The notes: generated by a model from the sequence alone, not told the origin. 63,708 nucleotides of DNA, filler included, from an uncultured Rhodopirellula sp. (GCA_964007735.1; 3 parts of 3 records of this genome joined end to end with filler, not necessarily neighbours in it), one strand, 5' to 3'. Positions 21,247 through 32,908 are shown, counted from the whole stretch's first letter. A program made the numbers and translations.

Positions 21247-23160
21247 ATGACACCACAGGAGATCTTCTTAAAAGCATCCGAAATTGAATTAGTGGCGGAT
21301 CGAATCGCATATTTGGAAGAAGTCTGTGGAGATAATACGATATTACGCGACAAGGTCGATGCGTTATTGGCGACGTTTGAATCTTCGGATTCTCCCACGG
21401 CCGCTATGGCATCAGGTGGTGAAACGATTGATCGAAGGACGAAGTCACCCGCGGAAGGTCAGGTAGGGTCTATGATTGGATCCTATAAACTCCTGCAGGA
21501 AATTGGTGAGGGGGGCTTTGGCGTAGTCTATATGGCCGAACAGGTAGAGCCGATTCGGCGAAAAGTTGCTCTTAAGATCGTAAAGCCCGGGATGGACTCT
21601 AAAGACGTTGTTGCTAGATTTGAGGCTGAACGTCAGGCGTTAGCTTTGATGGAACATCCAAACATCGCAAAAGTGTTTGATGGTGGCGTGACGGAATTTG
21701 GTCGTCCCTATTTTGTCATGGAATTGGTCAAAGGGATTCCGATCACTGAGTTTTGCGACAAGAACAAACTCTCAACGATTGAGCGTGTCAAATTATGCAT
21801 TACAGTATGCATGGCAATCGATCATGCTCACAGAAAAGGCATCATCCATCGAGATATTAAACCTTCGAATGTGATGGTAACTCTTCATGATGGAAAACCG
21901 GTCTGTAAAGTAATTGACTTTGGTGTTTCGAAAGCTCTCACTCAGCAGCTCACAGATAAGACGCTGTTTACAGCATTTGGCCAGATGGTCGGTACGCCGA
22001 CTTATATGAGTCCCGAACAGGCAGAGATGAGCGGGTTGGATATTGATATTCGTAGCGATATTTACTCTCTGGGGGTTGTGCTTTATGAACTTCTTACAGG
22101 CACGACTCCATTGGCGCAGCAAGAAGTGAAATCGGCGACTTATGACGAGTTACAGCGGATGATTAAGGAGGAAGAGGCACAGCGACCGAGTACTCGTGTC
22201 TCAAAGCTGGGGGAAGAGGCTACTGTTAATGCGAAACAACGAAATACCGACTGCCGTAAATTGACGCAACAATTGAGCGGTGATTTGGATTGGATCATCA
22301 TCAAAGCCTTAGAGAAAGATCGTAACCGACGGTATGACTCGTCAAAGGGGCTAGCTGAAGATTTACAACGCCATATAAATCAAGAGGCTGTGTTAGCCCG
22401 GCCCCCTTCAGTCGTCTACAAAACTCAGAAATTCCTTCGCCGAAACCGGTTGCGAGTGGGGGTTGTTGGAGTTTTAGCGTTGGTGACAACCATCGTCTTC
22501 TCATCAGGAGCAATTATCTTTGAAGGTCGCGAGGAACAGGCAAAGCTTAAGGAACAGGCTGATGATTTGAAGCAGGAAAAGGTGGCATTGGAAAATCAAG
22601 TGAAGGAAGAGAGTGAAGCTAAGGAAAAAGTTCAGTTGATAGAGCTGCTAGTTGCGGAAGGGAAACAGGTTAGTGCATATGAGCTATTCCTAGAAATAGA
22701 GAAAGTTTTGTATGAAGACCCGAGTTTTGAGGCACTTCGTGGATTAGTTGTCGACACGTCTGATGGATTATCAAATCAGAATGATGTTACGTGGGAATTT
22801 AGAGATTGGAATGATGAGGAAGCGGAGTGGATAACTATTAAGACGGATGTGAATGGGCAGTCGGTAATTCCTAGAGGAACGGTGAGGGTTAGAGCAAGTC
22901 GAGACGGCTATCAGAAAATCGAGTTTGCCAATTATCTAAATTCGGAGCAGAAACCGGTGTGGGTGCGCAAGCATTACGCTGAAGAGAATATGGTATGTAT
23001 CCCTGATACCGAGCCCGTTAAATTTGGTACGAACAAACCGCTGGGTAGTTACTGGATAGATAAATACGAGGTATCTAATGGCGAATATGCAGAGTTTATA
23101 GCCGCTGGAGGCTACCTCCAAGAAGCGTTGTGGGGATTTGAACGTATTTTATACCCCTAA
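21247..23160 (+). CDS. membrane Ser/Thr protein kinase with start of an FGE-sulfatase (SUMF1)-like domain; probably truncated at contig end
   Basis: [40 protein letters not shown] helix; [14 protein letters not shown]; stop lies 13 nt before the gap. Confidence 0.9.
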   Translation: MTPQEIFLKASEIELVADRIAYLEEVCGDNTILRDKVDALLATFESSDSPTAAMASGGETIDRRTKSPAEGQVGSMIGSYKLLQEIGEGGFGVVYMAEQVEPIRRKVALKIVKPGMDSKDVVARFEAERQALALMEHPNIAKVFDGGVTEFGRPYFVMELVKGIPITEFCDKNKLSTIERVKLCITVCMAIDHAHRKGIIHRDIKPSNVMVTLHDGKPVCKVIDFGVSKALTQQLTDKTLFTAFGQMVGTPTYMSPEQAEMSGLDIDIRSDIYSLGVVLYELLTGTTPLAQQEVKSATYDELQRMIKEEEAQRPSTRVSKLGEEATVNAKQRNTDCRKLTQQLSGDLDWIIIKALEKDRNRRYDSSKGLAEDLQRHINQEAVLARPPSVVYKTQKFLRRNRLRVGVVGVLALVTTIVFSSGAIIFEGREEQAKLKEQADDLKQEKVALENQVKEESEAKEKVQLIELLVAEGKQVSAYELFLEIEKVLYEDPSFEALRGLVVDTSDGLSNQNDVTWEFRDWNDEEAEWITIKTDVNGQSVIPRGTVRVRASRDGYQKIEFANYLNSEQKPVWVRKHYAEENMVCIPDTEPVKFGTNKPLGSYWIDKYEVSNGEYAEFIAAGGYLQEALWGFERILYP

Positions 23161-23173
23161 GAAATGTAGCCGC

Positions 23174-23273
23174 NNNNNNNNNNNNNNNNNNNNNNNNNNN
23201 NNNNNNNNNNNNNNNNNTTAATTAATTAANNNNNNNNNNNNNNNNNNNNNNNNNNNNNNNNNNNNNNNNNNNN
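23174..23273. other. artificial contig spacer N44-TTAATTAATTAA-N44
   Basis: Six-frame-stop linker between N runs. Confidence 0.98.
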
Positions 23274-23873
23274 TTTGCTTTCAAAGATGGGCGCCCCATT
23301 GATGGATTTTCAGGCTCTCTTCCAGAGAGCCAAATAAAATCTTTTATAGACCGGTTATTGGGGGACGCTAAACCTCCCTTGGAACAGGCTCTCGACGCAG
23401 CAAAAGAAATGCTTGAAGCCGGCGTTCGATTTGTGAAAGTCAATTCTTACGGCTGGGATACTCATGGTGACAACTTCAATGCCCACGCCAGCCTTATGCC
23501 CCGTTTTGATCAGGCATTTACAGCAATTGTCGAAGACCTCGATGAACGCGGAATGCTGGAGCACGTGCTTGTGATTGCCATGAGTGAATTTGGCCGAACC
23601 CCCCGGATCAACGGACATATCGGCCGGGATCATTGGCCGGAAGCCTGGTCTATTGCCATGACTGGCACTGGCATTAAACAGGGAGCCATTATCGGCGAAA
23701 CGAATACCGAAGGAACATGGGTCACCAGTGAGGCTCATGACATCGGCCATTTCTTCCACACCTGGTTCAACGCTTTGGGAATTGACTCCGAACACACGGA
23801 ATATATTAATGAAGGTCAACCTCTTCCGATCGCCAATGACGATTGCTCCCCAATTCAGGAATTGCTGGCATAG
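23274..23873 (+). CDS. DUF1501 C-terminal fragment, preceded in frame by a CnoX/YbbN-like fragment (probable chimera)
   Basis: EAGVRFV..WDTH..EFGRTPRIN..GRDHW; the first ~45 codons read FAFKDGRPIDGFSGSLPESQIKSFIDRL. Confidence 0.75.
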   Translation, partial: FAFKDGRPIDGFSGSLPESQIKSFIDRLLGDAKPPLEQALDAAKEMLEAGVRFVKVNSYGWDTHGDNFNAHASLMPRFDQAFTAIVEDLDERGMLEHVLVIAMSEFGRTPRINGHIGRDHWPEAWSIAMTGTGIKQGAIIGETNTEGTWVTSEAHDIGHFFHTWFNALGIDSEHTEYINEGQPLPIANDDCSPIQELLA

Positions 23874-23890
23874 AGAAAGTGGCCATTCGC

Positions 23891-24958
23891 ATGGATATCA
23901 AATACAAACCAATCGCCGCTCCTGTTGCCGATCGACAACTTTTTAATGCGCGGTTCAGTCATGACGGCAACATGCTCCTGGCAGGCAGTTACCAGGGTGA
24001 TATTCGACGTTTTGATCTTACAATCGAAGAAAACCAAGAACTTGCAGCAATCACAGGACACAATGCCTGGGTACAAGCACTGGCGCTGCACCCCACAGAA
24101 AATCTAATTTTGTCTGGTGATTCATGGGGCACCCTACAATTACATGATTTCACACAAGAAACACCAACTCCAATTTGGACGATCGAAAACGCTCACGATG
24201 GCTGGATCCGTAGCGTTGCATTTTCTAAAACCGGAGACTGGTTTGCGACCGCCGGACTCGATCAGACTGTTCGTATCTTCCAAACAAAGAACGGTAAACA
24301 GAAACACGAATTATCTGGCCACGGTGCTGATGTGTATCACGTTCTCTTCCACCCGGCGTCCGATGAACTGCTGTCCGCTGATGCACTTGGAAGAATTATT
24401 CAATGGAATCTTAAGGAGAAGGCTCCGGCACGAGAATTCGATGCATCCGAAACGTTTTTAGCTCACCGACTTCAAGACGTTGGAGGCGTGCAATGCATGA
24501 CCTTTTCACCTGACGGCCAGTCACTATATGTCGGTGGCACCCGCCCTAAAAATGGTGCAACGGTTCAGGGAGTTCCTATCATCCTTGGCTTTTCATGGGA
24601 CACGGCCGAGAGAACCCTTTTACGAGAACTTGGAAGTACAGCTGATTGCTATTGTGAAGATCTGAAGTTTCATCCCGATGGCTTTCTGATTGCTGTCTCC
24701 AGCGGGACCCCTGGGACTGGAAAGCTTCAATTCATTGATCTAGAGCAGGAAGAACCACTTTGGATGGTATCCAACCTATCGAATTGCCATGCCATCGATG
24801 TGCACCCGGATGGCAAAACGATCGCCATTACGACGACAGTTCGTGGTAGCAATGGCAACGGCAGAAAGGTTGATGCTGACGGCAACTACATAGGAAACAC
24901 CAGTCCAATTCAACTCCTGAGTCCTGACATACCGGAATCTGATAGTCCCGCCTCGTAA
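23891..24958 (+). CDS. WD40-repeat protein
   Basis: GHNAWV, AHDGWIRSVAFS, GHGADV..FHP repeats; start re-assigned to MDIKYK. Confidence 0.85.
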   Translation: MDIKYKPIAAPVADRQLFNARFSHDGNMLLAGSYQGDIRRFDLTIEENQELAAITGHNAWVQALALHPTENLILSGDSWGTLQLHDFTQETPTPIWTIENAHDGWIRSVAFSKTGDWFATAGLDQTVRIFQTKNGKQKHELSGHGADVYHVLFHPASDELLSADALGRIIQWNLKEKAPAREFDASETFLAHRLQDVGGVQCMTFSPDGQSLYVGGTRPKNGATVQGVPIILGFSWDTAERTLLRELGSTADCYCEDLKFHPDGFLIAVSSGTPGTGKLQFIDLEQEEPLWMVSNLSNCHAIDVHPDGKTIAITTTVRGSNGNGRKVDADGNYIGNTSPIQLLSPDIPESDSPAS

Positions 24959-25207
24959 TCACTGGAATTTCTACGCGACAAGCAGATGTCGGATGTCGTC
25001 AAACAAGTATTGGGAAATCCAACTGAAGAGTTAAAACCGGTTACACCCACCAGATTTTGGCACACTGACATTAAACCTCGCAAAAGTGGTTTGGAGGTAA
25101 CAGGACAGATAGTACAAAACCGTTACAGAATTCTTTAGCTCCAACCTAAAACTCTATAAAATAAATCCACCGGACATTCCTGCTATTTTCACATTGGATC
25201 GTGCTAT

Positions 25208-26650
25208 ATGTCACAACGTATATGCTGGCTGATATTGCTTTTATCACTTATCACATCCCAGCTAAAAGCAAAACCTAATGTTGTGTTTATCTATACAGAC
25301 GACCAGGCACCATTTGCAGTGAATGCGGCCGGGGACTCACGATTCATTACTCCTAATATAGACCGCATCTTTCACGAGGGCGCACACCTTAAAAACAGCT
25401 TTGTCACAACGCCCGTCTGCAGTCCAAGTCGAGTCGGCCTGATCACCAGTCGTTATGGCAGCGAATTTTCCATCACCGACTGGATCAACCCCGGCAATGA
25501 AAAACAACTTGGGCTTCCTAAAGATGCCCTAACGTTTCCTGCATTGTTTCAAAAAGCAGGGTATCAGACGGCGTTGTTTGGAAAATGGCATCTTGGAATT
25601 CAAGACCACCAACATCCTACACGATTTGGATACGACCAGTTTGCGGGCATCCGTGTTGGAGGTTGCCCCCCGAAAGATCCAACGATGGAAACTCTCAACG
25701 GAGAGATGAAGAAAGTATTGGGTTACACGTGCGACATCTTCACAGACCACGCTCTGGAATTCATCCAAGCCAATAAAGACGCACCATTTTTATTAAGTCT
25801 TCACTTCAGAGCTCCTCATGCAGCCTGGCTGCCCGTAAGGCCGGAGGACTGGGAGCCCTTCAAGGATTTAGACCCTGAGATTCCTAATCCTGATTTTCCA
25901 AATTTGAATGTAACTAAAGTAAAACAACAAACACGAGAGTATCTCGCTTCTGTAAAAAGCGTCGATCGAAATGTTGGACGTTTACTTCAATTACTTAAAT
26001 CGCTTGCACTGGAAGACAATACTATCGTGATTTTCACGAGTGACCATGGATACAATCTTGGAGAACATGGTGTCTGGTACAAAGGAAACGCCATTAGGAT
26101 CTTAACTGAAAATCCACAAAAGCAATGGGAACACATTCCTGCTAATCGGCGGCCCAATCTCTGGGACACCTCATTAAGAGTACCAACAGCAATCCGGTGG
26201 CCTGGAGTCATTAAACCTGGCACCGTTCACACAGATACGTTCTCCAACCTCGACTGGTTCCCTACCTTACTAACGATGGCCAACATTAAAACACCGAAAT
26301 CAGCCGTGCTGCGAGGAGATGATTTCACTCCTGTCTTAAGGGGACGTAAATTGAAGTGGGATTCAAGTATCTACCTCGAATACAGCATGCATCATGGTGC
26401 TAAAACTCATATGCGTGGCATACGTACGCCGGAGTGGAAATTCATGATCGACTTTGCCAATCAAGGCCGCCTCGAACTCTACCACTTGAAAGACGATCCA
26501 GGCGAAACGACAAATCTCGCGCAATCTAAAGACCCAATCCATCTCGATAAAATCCTCGAACTGATGTCACAGGTCAAGGAGCACATGCGAGACATCAATG
26601 ACCCTCTTGTATCAACACAAGACTTCTCTATTCCAACAAACAACCCATGA
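25208..26650 (+). CDS. sulfatase (FGly-dependent, Cys type)
   Basis: PNVVFIYTDDQ; CSPSRVGLITS; GKWHLG; FTSDHG; ELYHLKDDPGE. Confidence 0.95.
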   Translation: MSQRICWLILLLSLITSQLKAKPNVVFIYTDDQAPFAVNAAGDSRFITPNIDRIFHEGAHLKNSFVTTPVCSPSRVGLITSRYGSEFSITDWINPGNEKQLGLPKDALTFPALFQKAGYQTALFGKWHLGIQDHQHPTRFGYDQFAGIRVGGCPPKDPTMETLNGEMKKVLGYTCDIFTDHALEFIQANKDAPFLLSLHFRAPHAAWLPVRPEDWEPFKDLDPEIPNPDFPNLNVTKVKQQTREYLASVKSVDRNVGRLLQLLKSLALEDNTIVIFTSDHGYNLGEHGVWYKGNAIRILTENPQKQWEHIPANRRPNLWDTSLRVPTAIRWPGVIKPGTVHTDTFSNLDWFPTLLTMANIKTPKSAVLRGDDFTPVLRGRKLKWDSSIYLEYSMHHGAKTHMRGIRTPEWKFMIDFANQGRLELYHLKDDPGETTNLAQSKDPIHLDKILELMSQVKEHMRDINDPLVSTQDFSIPTNNP

Positions 26651-28059
26651 AACCACTATTCACCATACTAGCCCTGCTTTTAACCGTTGTAGCGACTGCC
26701 GCCGAACCTGTACAAATCGGCACGAACATTCAGTTAATGTGGGACGATTCCCTCATTGAGTCTCACGTCAATGCATCCTTTAAATACCATCGCCCCATCC
26801 CGAAAGACGTCGCCATCACCACTGACGCCCCCTGGGAAGGCAATGTTAGTGCTTACTTCACCTTCCTGCAGGACGGCGACGAATATCGAGCTTATTACCG
26901 TGGGTCACATTACGACACTGAACGCAAACTCGTTACCCACCGCGAAGTCACGTGTGTTGCCGTAAGTAAAGATGGAATTCACTGGACCAAACCCAAACTA
27001 AATCTTTGGGAATTCGACGGCAGCAAAGAAAACAACATCGTTTGGGACGGGATTGGCACTCATTGTTTTGCGCCTTTTCTTGACGACAACCCTGCTTGCC
27101 CCAAAAACGAGCGATATAAAGCAGTTTCCCGTGGTAGATTCGTTACTGGAGACTTCGATGTTCCTGAAAGACAAAAGGGCGTCGTTGGCCTTTACATTTT
27201 CACATCACCGGACGGGCTAAACTGGACGTTGAAGACCCAAAAGCCTGTAATCACAGACGGTGCATTTGATTCACAAAATATCGCATTCTGGGATTCCAAC
27301 AAAGGCAGGTATGTATGCTATTCCCGGCTTTTCATAAACGGTGTCCGGGCAATTCAATATTGTGAATCTCCAGACTTTACCACCTGGACCAAGCCCACTC
27401 CAATCGACTACAACGCGGAATACCGTGAACATTTATATACAAACGCAATTCAACAATATCCAAGAAACCCCAAATTGTACATTGGCATGCCGACTCGTTA
27501 TCTTCCTACTGAAAACTCGCGAGTTGAACCGATCTTCATGCATAGTCACGACGGAATGAAGTTTCTTCGAAATCAGGAGCCGTTCATTCCTGAAGCATTC
27601 CCTCAGGATCGTTCGGGGAATCGCAGTAACTATGCCTGCCGCGGTATCCTGCAATTACCGCACAGCGACACCACCTATAGTATTTTCGCTACCGAGGCTT
27701 ACTACACCGGAGTTGATTCCCGAGTCCGTCGATTCGAATTGCGAATGGACGGATATCGATCTATTTCAACGACAGGGCAAGCTCAAATTGTCACCAAACC
27801 TATCGTGTTGGAAGGGGACGCACTTTTTCTTAATAGCCAAACTCGAGGAAAGGGTGGAATCTGGGTCGACTTACTTGATGAAGACAGTAAACCTATCCCT
27901 GGATTTAGCAAATTAGAAGCCGACGGGTTAGGAGGCGATTCGATTAGCAATGAAGTCTGCTGGAAACAGGGACGGACCTTGAAGGAACTGCGTGGGAAGC
28001 CCGTTAAAATTCACATTACATTTTCTAACAGTGACATCTATTCACTCCAAATAAAGTAA
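26647..28059 (+). CDS. secreted beta-propeller glycoside-hydrolase-like protein
   Basis: Signal peptide; Asp-box-like SKDGIHW, SPDGLNW, SPDFTTW, SHDGMKF; FDSQN; RMDG; ATGA-coupled to sulfatase. Confidence 0.65.
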   Translation: MKPLFTILALLLTVVATAAEPVQIGTNIQLMWDDSLIESHVNASFKYHRPIPKDVAITTDAPWEGNVSAYFTFLQDGDEYRAYYRGSHYDTERKLVTHREVTCVAVSKDGIHWTKPKLNLWEFDGSKENNIVWDGIGTHCFAPFLDDNPACPKNERYKAVSRGRFVTGDFDVPERQKGVVGLYIFTSPDGLNWTLKTQKPVITDGAFDSQNIAFWDSNKGRYVCYSRLFINGVRAIQYCESPDFTTWTKPTPIDYNAEYREHLYTNAIQQYPRNPKLYIGMPTRYLPTENSRVEPIFMHSHDGMKFLRNQEPFIPEAFPQDRSGNRSNYACRGILQLPHSDTTYSIFATEAYYTGVDSRVRRFELRMDGYRSISTTGQAQIVTKPIVLEGDALFLNSQTRGKGGIWVDLLDEDSKPIPGFSKLEADGLGGDSISNEVCWKQGRTLKELRGKPVKIHITFSNSDIYSLQIK

Positions 28060-28060
28060 C

Positions 28061-31000
28061 ATGTCGAGTTTTTTGAAAAGATGGTTTGCCTTGGCTATTC
28101 TCGCGCTTATTCCAAGCTCGGCTCAAGCTGAGGACGAACTCTATCTCGACATTATTAAGCCTATTCTCCGCGCTCGATGCTATGCCTGTCATGGCACGTT
28201 AAAACAAGCGGCTGATTTACGACTGGACACAGCTGTCAGCCTCAAACGCTCGACAGAAAACGGAAAGCTTCTATTGGAGAGGGTTTCCGCCCAAGATGCC
28301 GACCTGCGGATGCCTCCTGAAGGAGAACCACTAACTCCGGCTGAAATCAATGCCATTCGCCAGTGGATTAAAAACGGGGCTCCCGCACCGCACGATGAAA
28401 TGCCTGAATCGTCACCAGATCAACACTGGGCCTTTAACACACCTGTTCGCCCTCAGTTACTAGGCAACCAAACACCAATCGACGAACTAATCGCCGGGAA
28501 ATACTCGAAACTGGGCATCGAGTCGGTAAGAGTTCCTGCAGCTGATGCCACGATAATCCGGAGGCTCTATCTCGATTTGACAGGGATCCCACCTAGCTAC
28601 AAGGAATTGACCGAATTCCTTGAAGGTAAAGTGAGTTACAGTGACGTGGTCGATAAACTACTCGAATCCCCAAAGTTCGGGCAACGTTGGGGAAGACATT
28701 GGATGGATATCTGGCGTTATTCAGATTGGTATGGCCGCCGCAATGTCAACGATGTCCGAAACAGTGATCCACAGATTTGGCGCTGGCGGGATTGGATTGT
28801 AGATTCGCTAAACCAGGACAAATCGTATGCGGTAATGATTCAACAGATGCTGGCCGCCGACGAGCTGTATCCTCACGATGACCAGGCATGGCCCGCTACC
28901 GGCTATTTAATCCGAAGCTATTATTCTCTTAACCCTAACGAATGGATGCGACATAATGCCGAATATACAGGTAAATCGTTTCTGGGCCTCACCTTCAACT
29001 GCGCTCATTGCCACGATCACAAATACGATCCGATTGCCCACGATGACTACTTCAAACTACGGGCATTCTTTGAACCACTTGGTATTCGCTCCGATCAGGT
29101 AAAAGGAGAAACACGTCCTCCCGAGTTTCTGGACTATACCTACGGCGGCTCACGCACACCGGTTAAAATCGGCATGGTGAGAGTTTTTGACCAGGACACC
29201 AAACGTCCCACTTTTTTTTACAGTGGTGGAGATGAACGAAATATTGATAAACAACGAGGAAGCATCGCCCCGGGAGTGCCTGAGTTCCTACAACATTTAC
29301 TCCCGAAGATCACTCCGGTCAGCGTACCCTCGGTTGCCTGGTACCCCGGGCTTCGGGATGTCGTGCGTCAGCACGAGTTAAACACTGCGTTAGAAAACCT
29401 TAAATCTGCAGAAGACAAATGGCAGGTAGCCGCAAATCAACCGCTCGCCGATACAACCCCACTCCAAATTAAAGTGAACGAGGCCCACGCAACCTATCGT
29501 CAGTTAGTTCAGACTCTAAAGCTAACCGGCGCGACGGCTGCATTACAGGGCGACAATTCCCTGTACTTGGACGCAGGTACAGGGCGTCGTATTTTCCACC
29601 ACGACCTGAAAGATCTAAAAGCAGTAAAAGACGGCACTATCATCGAGTTCGAATTGCAAATTCTAAAAGACAGTCATGTCAATTTCCAGTTGGCATCTGA
29701 CACTCGTCAAAACCGTACCGCTACGTACATTGCTTTTGAAAATGGTGTAATTCGCACTTACCAACCAGGGGGCTATTTAGCTTTGGAGGTAGGCAAATAT
29801 CAGCTGAAAAACAACGAGTCACGATTTCACGTGATTTTTACGTTACACCCTGAACAGGACACAATGGACGTAAATGTCACCATTAAAACCGCCACCGGGA
29901 AACCCGTTCGGGAACTCCCCAAGGTTACCGCTGCCCTCAATGGATGGGATTGTACGCAAAAGGACTTTCAACCCATCACTCTGGATTGCCGCTCCAATAC
30001 CATCGCAATCTACGACTCCATTCACATCTCTACACCAGGCGAAAACGAATTAACCCTGGACTTCGAAGGTGAACAATTCCAACCGGGCAACGATGCTGCA
30101 AATATCAATGGCTGGCGATTGACCATGGGGTCCGCCAACTCAACATCCTACATCCTTGATGTAATTCCCACTCCTGAAATACGACAGGCTATGGCCACCC
30201 TGAATGAAGCGAAAAGGTTACTCGAACAGGTTGAGTTGCCCCGGCAAATCGCGCGTACCAGACTAGCAGCGTCTACGGCACAACTCGAGTCCATTCAAGC
30301 CGTGCTAGAGACGGACACTTTACGGTATAAAAACGAACAAGAAGTATCTGCGGACCAGGTAGCCGCACAAATTGTTTCCACGATCCAAAAACAACATCGT
30401 GCAGCTGTCCTCTCGGAAACTTTAGCGCTCCAATCTGCTCAACTCGAACGAAACCTCGCCTGCCAACTAGAGGCGAAAGATCCTGAAAGGGATAAGTCTA
30501 TAGAAGCCGCAACTGCCCTGATAACGGCTGCTGACAAAGCTCTCGCAAATCTCAACACTAACGATTTATCAAAGGTCGAGGACTACGAACACCTCAGTTC
30601 CTTTACGCCCAAAACAAGCTCTGGTCGTCGAGCGGCGTTGGCACGAATGATCACCGACCCCCGAAACCCACTTACCGCACGTGTGGCCGTCAATCATATT
30701 TGGACCAGACACTTCCAAACTCCATTGGTGGGGACACCAGCTGACTTTGGACGAAATGGTGAAGCTCCGATTTTCCCTGAACTATTGGACTTTCTCGCCA
30801 TGCAATTAATGGAATCCGATTGGAGCCTGAAAACCGTACATCGTTCTATTGTGATGAGTGAGGCCTATCGGCAAACGTCGCTCGCCAGCCCGGACCAGCC
30901 TCCTCACGCCAGCCAATTGATTGTTACCTTTCCTCACAAACGCATGGAATCAGAGATGGTTCGAGATAGCATCTTATCCATCGCCGGCACACTGGACCTG

Positions 31001-31429
31001 ACACCTGCCGCCAACCCACTCGAAAATACGCAAGCGTTAAAGACTCACAAACGGAGCATGTATTACGAGTCATTCCCGGAAGCCGGTGGCAACAGTGCGC
31101 TTGGCAAGGTATTCGATGCCCCCAGCCCTACTGAGTGTTACAGACGAACTTCCACCATCGTGCCGCAGCAGGCGTTAGTTCTGACAAACAGTAAATTTAT
31201 TCACGAAGCTGTTGCCCAACTCCACAAACAAATCCAAGCGACACATCATCCGGATTCATCCGAACAATTTATAAAACTAGCGTTCCTTTCTATCCTCAAT
31301 AGAACTCCTGATACTGCCGAATACAAACTGGCGGCGGATTTCCTACAAAGCGATGGCGAGCCAACCACTCTTGAACAGGCCTTTTTACGAGTGTTATTCA
31401 ACCACAATGATTTTGTAACAATTCGGTAG
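28061..31429 (+). CDS. PSCyt1 + DUF1549 + DUF1553 protein with internal coiled-coil/beta insert
   Basis: CYACH; WMDIWRYSD; CAHCHDHKYDP; NPLTARVAVN; NHNDFVTIR end. Confidence 0.9.
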   Translation: MSSFLKRWFALAILALIPSSAQAEDELYLDIIKPILRARCYACHGTLKQAADLRLDTAVSLKRSTENGKLLLERVSAQDADLRMPPEGEPLTPAEINAIRQWIKNGAPAPHDEMPESSPDQHWAFNTPVRPQLLGNQTPIDELIAGKYSKLGIESVRVPAADATIIRRLYLDLTGIPPSYKELTEFLEGKVSYSDVVDKLLESPKFGQRWGRHWMDIWRYSDWYGRRNVNDVRNSDPQIWRWRDWIVDSLNQDKSYAVMIQQMLAADELYPHDDQAWPATGYLIRSYYSLNPNEWMRHNAEYTGKSFLGLTFNCAHCHDHKYDPIAHDDYFKLRAFFEPLGIRSDQVKGETRPPEFLDYTYGGSRTPVKIGMVRVFDQDTKRPTFFYSGGDERNIDKQRGSIAPGVPEFLQHLLPKITPVSVPSVAWYPGLRDVVRQHELNTALENLKSAEDKWQVAANQPLADTTPLQIKVNEAHATYRQLVQTLKLTGATAALQGDNSLYLDAGTGRRIFHHDLKDLKAVKDGTIIEFELQILKDSHVNFQLASDTRQNRTATYIAFENGVIRTYQPGGYLALEVGKYQLKNNESRFHVIFTLHPEQDTMDVNVTIKTATGKPVRELPKVTAALNGWDCTQKDFQPITLDCRSNTIAIYDSIHISTPGENELTLDFEGEQFQPGNDAANINGWRLTMGSANSTSYILDVIPTPEIRQAMATLNEAKRLLEQVELPRQIARTRLAASTAQLESIQAVLETDTLRYKNEQEVSADQVAAQIVSTIQKQHRAAVLSETLALQSAQLERNLACQLEAKDPERDKSIEAATALITAADKALANLNTNDLSKVEDYEHLSSFTPKTSSGRRAALARMITDPRNPLTARVAVNHIWTRHFQTPLVGTPADFGRNGEAPIFPELLDFLAMQLMESDWSLKTVHRSIVMSEAYRQTSLASPDQPPHASQLIVTFPHKRMESEMVRDSILSIAGTLDLTPAANPLENTQALKTHKRSMYYESFPEAGGNSALGKVFDAPSPTECYRRTSTIVPQQALVLTNSKFIHEAVAQLHKQIQATHHPDSSEQFIKLAFLSILNRTPDTAEYKLAADFLQSDGEPTTLEQAFLRVLFNHNDFVTIR

Positions 31430-31468
31430 CTAAGGATAGAATGAAAAACGGAGGTCACTCGATCGAAA

Positions 31469-32908
31469 ATGTGTAACATGCATACTCGCCGCCACTTCCT
31501 CACCGATGTAGGACTCGGGTTCGGTGGCCTTGCGCTCAATGCAATGCTCCAACAGGAGACGGCAGCCGCTCCTTCTATGGCACATCACAAGGCGAAAGCC
31601 AAATCGGTAATCTGGATTTTCCTATCCGGTGGTTACAGTCACATGGAATCGTTTGATCCCAAGCCAGCTTTAAATAAATATGCAGGTAAGACCTATTCGG
31701 AAACACCATTTCCCAACCCTGTGGAATCTCCTCTGCACAAACAGCGTTTTCGAAGTGTGCCATCACTGGATATTAATGTCCGTGATGTTTACCCCACAAT
31801 TTATCCGATGCAAATTGGCTTCAACCACTATGGGGAACAGGGGATTGGCATTACCGACTGGTGGCCCAACCTCGCTAAACAAGTCGATGACATTTGCTTC
31901 GTGCGAAACATGTGGACGACAGACAATGATCACGCGGCGGAAAACCAAATACACACCGGCCGTCACCGTCTCGATGAAACCCAACCAAGCATTGGTTCAT
32001 GGGTGCATTACGGCCTCGGCACGCTAAATGAAAATCTTCCAAAGTTTGTCGTCCTCGGGGGACCTACTCGTTCCGATACCCGTGACAGCATTGACTCCTA
32101 CTACCTGGGGCCTTCCCATGCCGGCATTCCACTCAGTTTGGAAAATGGGAATCCACTTCCGTTTAGCAAACGTCAACCAAATCATTCCGAAGATTTACAA
32201 CGCCGCGAATTCAATTTAGTGAATCAACTCAATAAGCTAACACTCGCCGATTATCAGGACGACAAGCAGTTACTTGCTCGCATCAAATCCTATGAATTAG
32301 CCTACCGAATGCAAAATTCTTTACCGGAAGCGGTCAATCTGGCAGAAGAGACCGAGACGACTCATACATTGTATGGTCTGGATAATCCCACCACTGCACC
32401 GGCGGGAAACAAATTACTGGCCGCCAGAAGACTTGTCGAGCGTGGTGTCCGTTTTATCCAGGTCTTCCCAACGCCCTATGGCCGTTGGGATGCCCATCGT
32501 GATCTCAAGAAAAACCACACCGAGAATTCAGCTAAAGTGGACCTACCAGTTGCCGGTTTAATCACTGACTTGAAGCAACGTGGCCTTCTGGATGAAACTC
32601 TGATCGTCTTTTGTACAGAATTCGGAAGAACTCCCGGCCTCGAAGAGCGCGGCGGTGGAGCAACAGGTCGTGACCACCATCCCAACGGTTTTACAATCTT
32701 TCTGGCAGGAGGAGGGACCAAAGGTGGATACGTGCATGGCGCCACCGATGAACTCGGCTATCACGCCTTAGGCGATGCTCATTATGTCACCGATCTGCAT
32801 GCCACCGTACTTTACTCGCTGGGACTGGACAGTCCAAAGCTGGATATCGACGGCCGCAAGCGCCTTGAAATCGACCACGGCAGGCCGATTCTGGACGTAT
32901 TCGCATAA
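31469..32908 (+). CDS. DUF1501 protein
   Basis: RRHFL; GGYSHMESFDPK; ARRLVERGVRF; WDAH; EFGRTP; GRDHH. Confidence 0.9.
   Translation: MCNMHTRRHFLTDVGLGFGGLALNAMLQQETAAAPSMAHHKAKAKSVIWIFLSGGYSHMESFDPKPALNKYAGKTYSETPFPNPVESPLHKQRFRSVPSLDINVRDVYPTIYPMQIGFNHYGEQGIGITDWWPNLAKQVDDICFVRNMWTTDNDHAAENQIHTGRHRLDETQPSIGSWVHYGLGTLNENLPKFVVLGGPTRSDTRDSIDSYYLGPSHAGIPLSLENGNPLPFSKRQPNHSEDLQRREFNLVNQLNKLTLADYQDDKQLLARIKSYELAYRMQNSLPEAVNLAEETETTHTLYGLDNPTTAPAGNKLLAARRLVERGVRFIQVFPTPYGRWDAHRDLKKNHTENSAKVDLPVAGLITDLKQRGLLDETLIVFCTEFGRTPGLEERGGGATGRDHHPNGFTIFLAGGGTKGGYVHGATDELGYHALGDAHYVTDLHATVLYSLGLDSPKLDIDGRKRLEIDHGRPILDVFA

Noticed and set aside
22900..23173. Kinase with a truncated FGE-sulfatase domain as a pseudogene or novel architecture
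   Set aside because: The stop is 13 nt from the contig end, so an assembly-edge artefact is more likely
23174..23273. TTAATTAATTAA palindrome repeated at both gaps
   Set aside because: Artificial six-frame-stop contig linker, not biological; adjacency across the gaps is not evidence of linkage
24987..25139. 50-codon ORF in the WD40-sulfatase intergenic region
   Set aside because: No RBS or recognisable motif; could be chance
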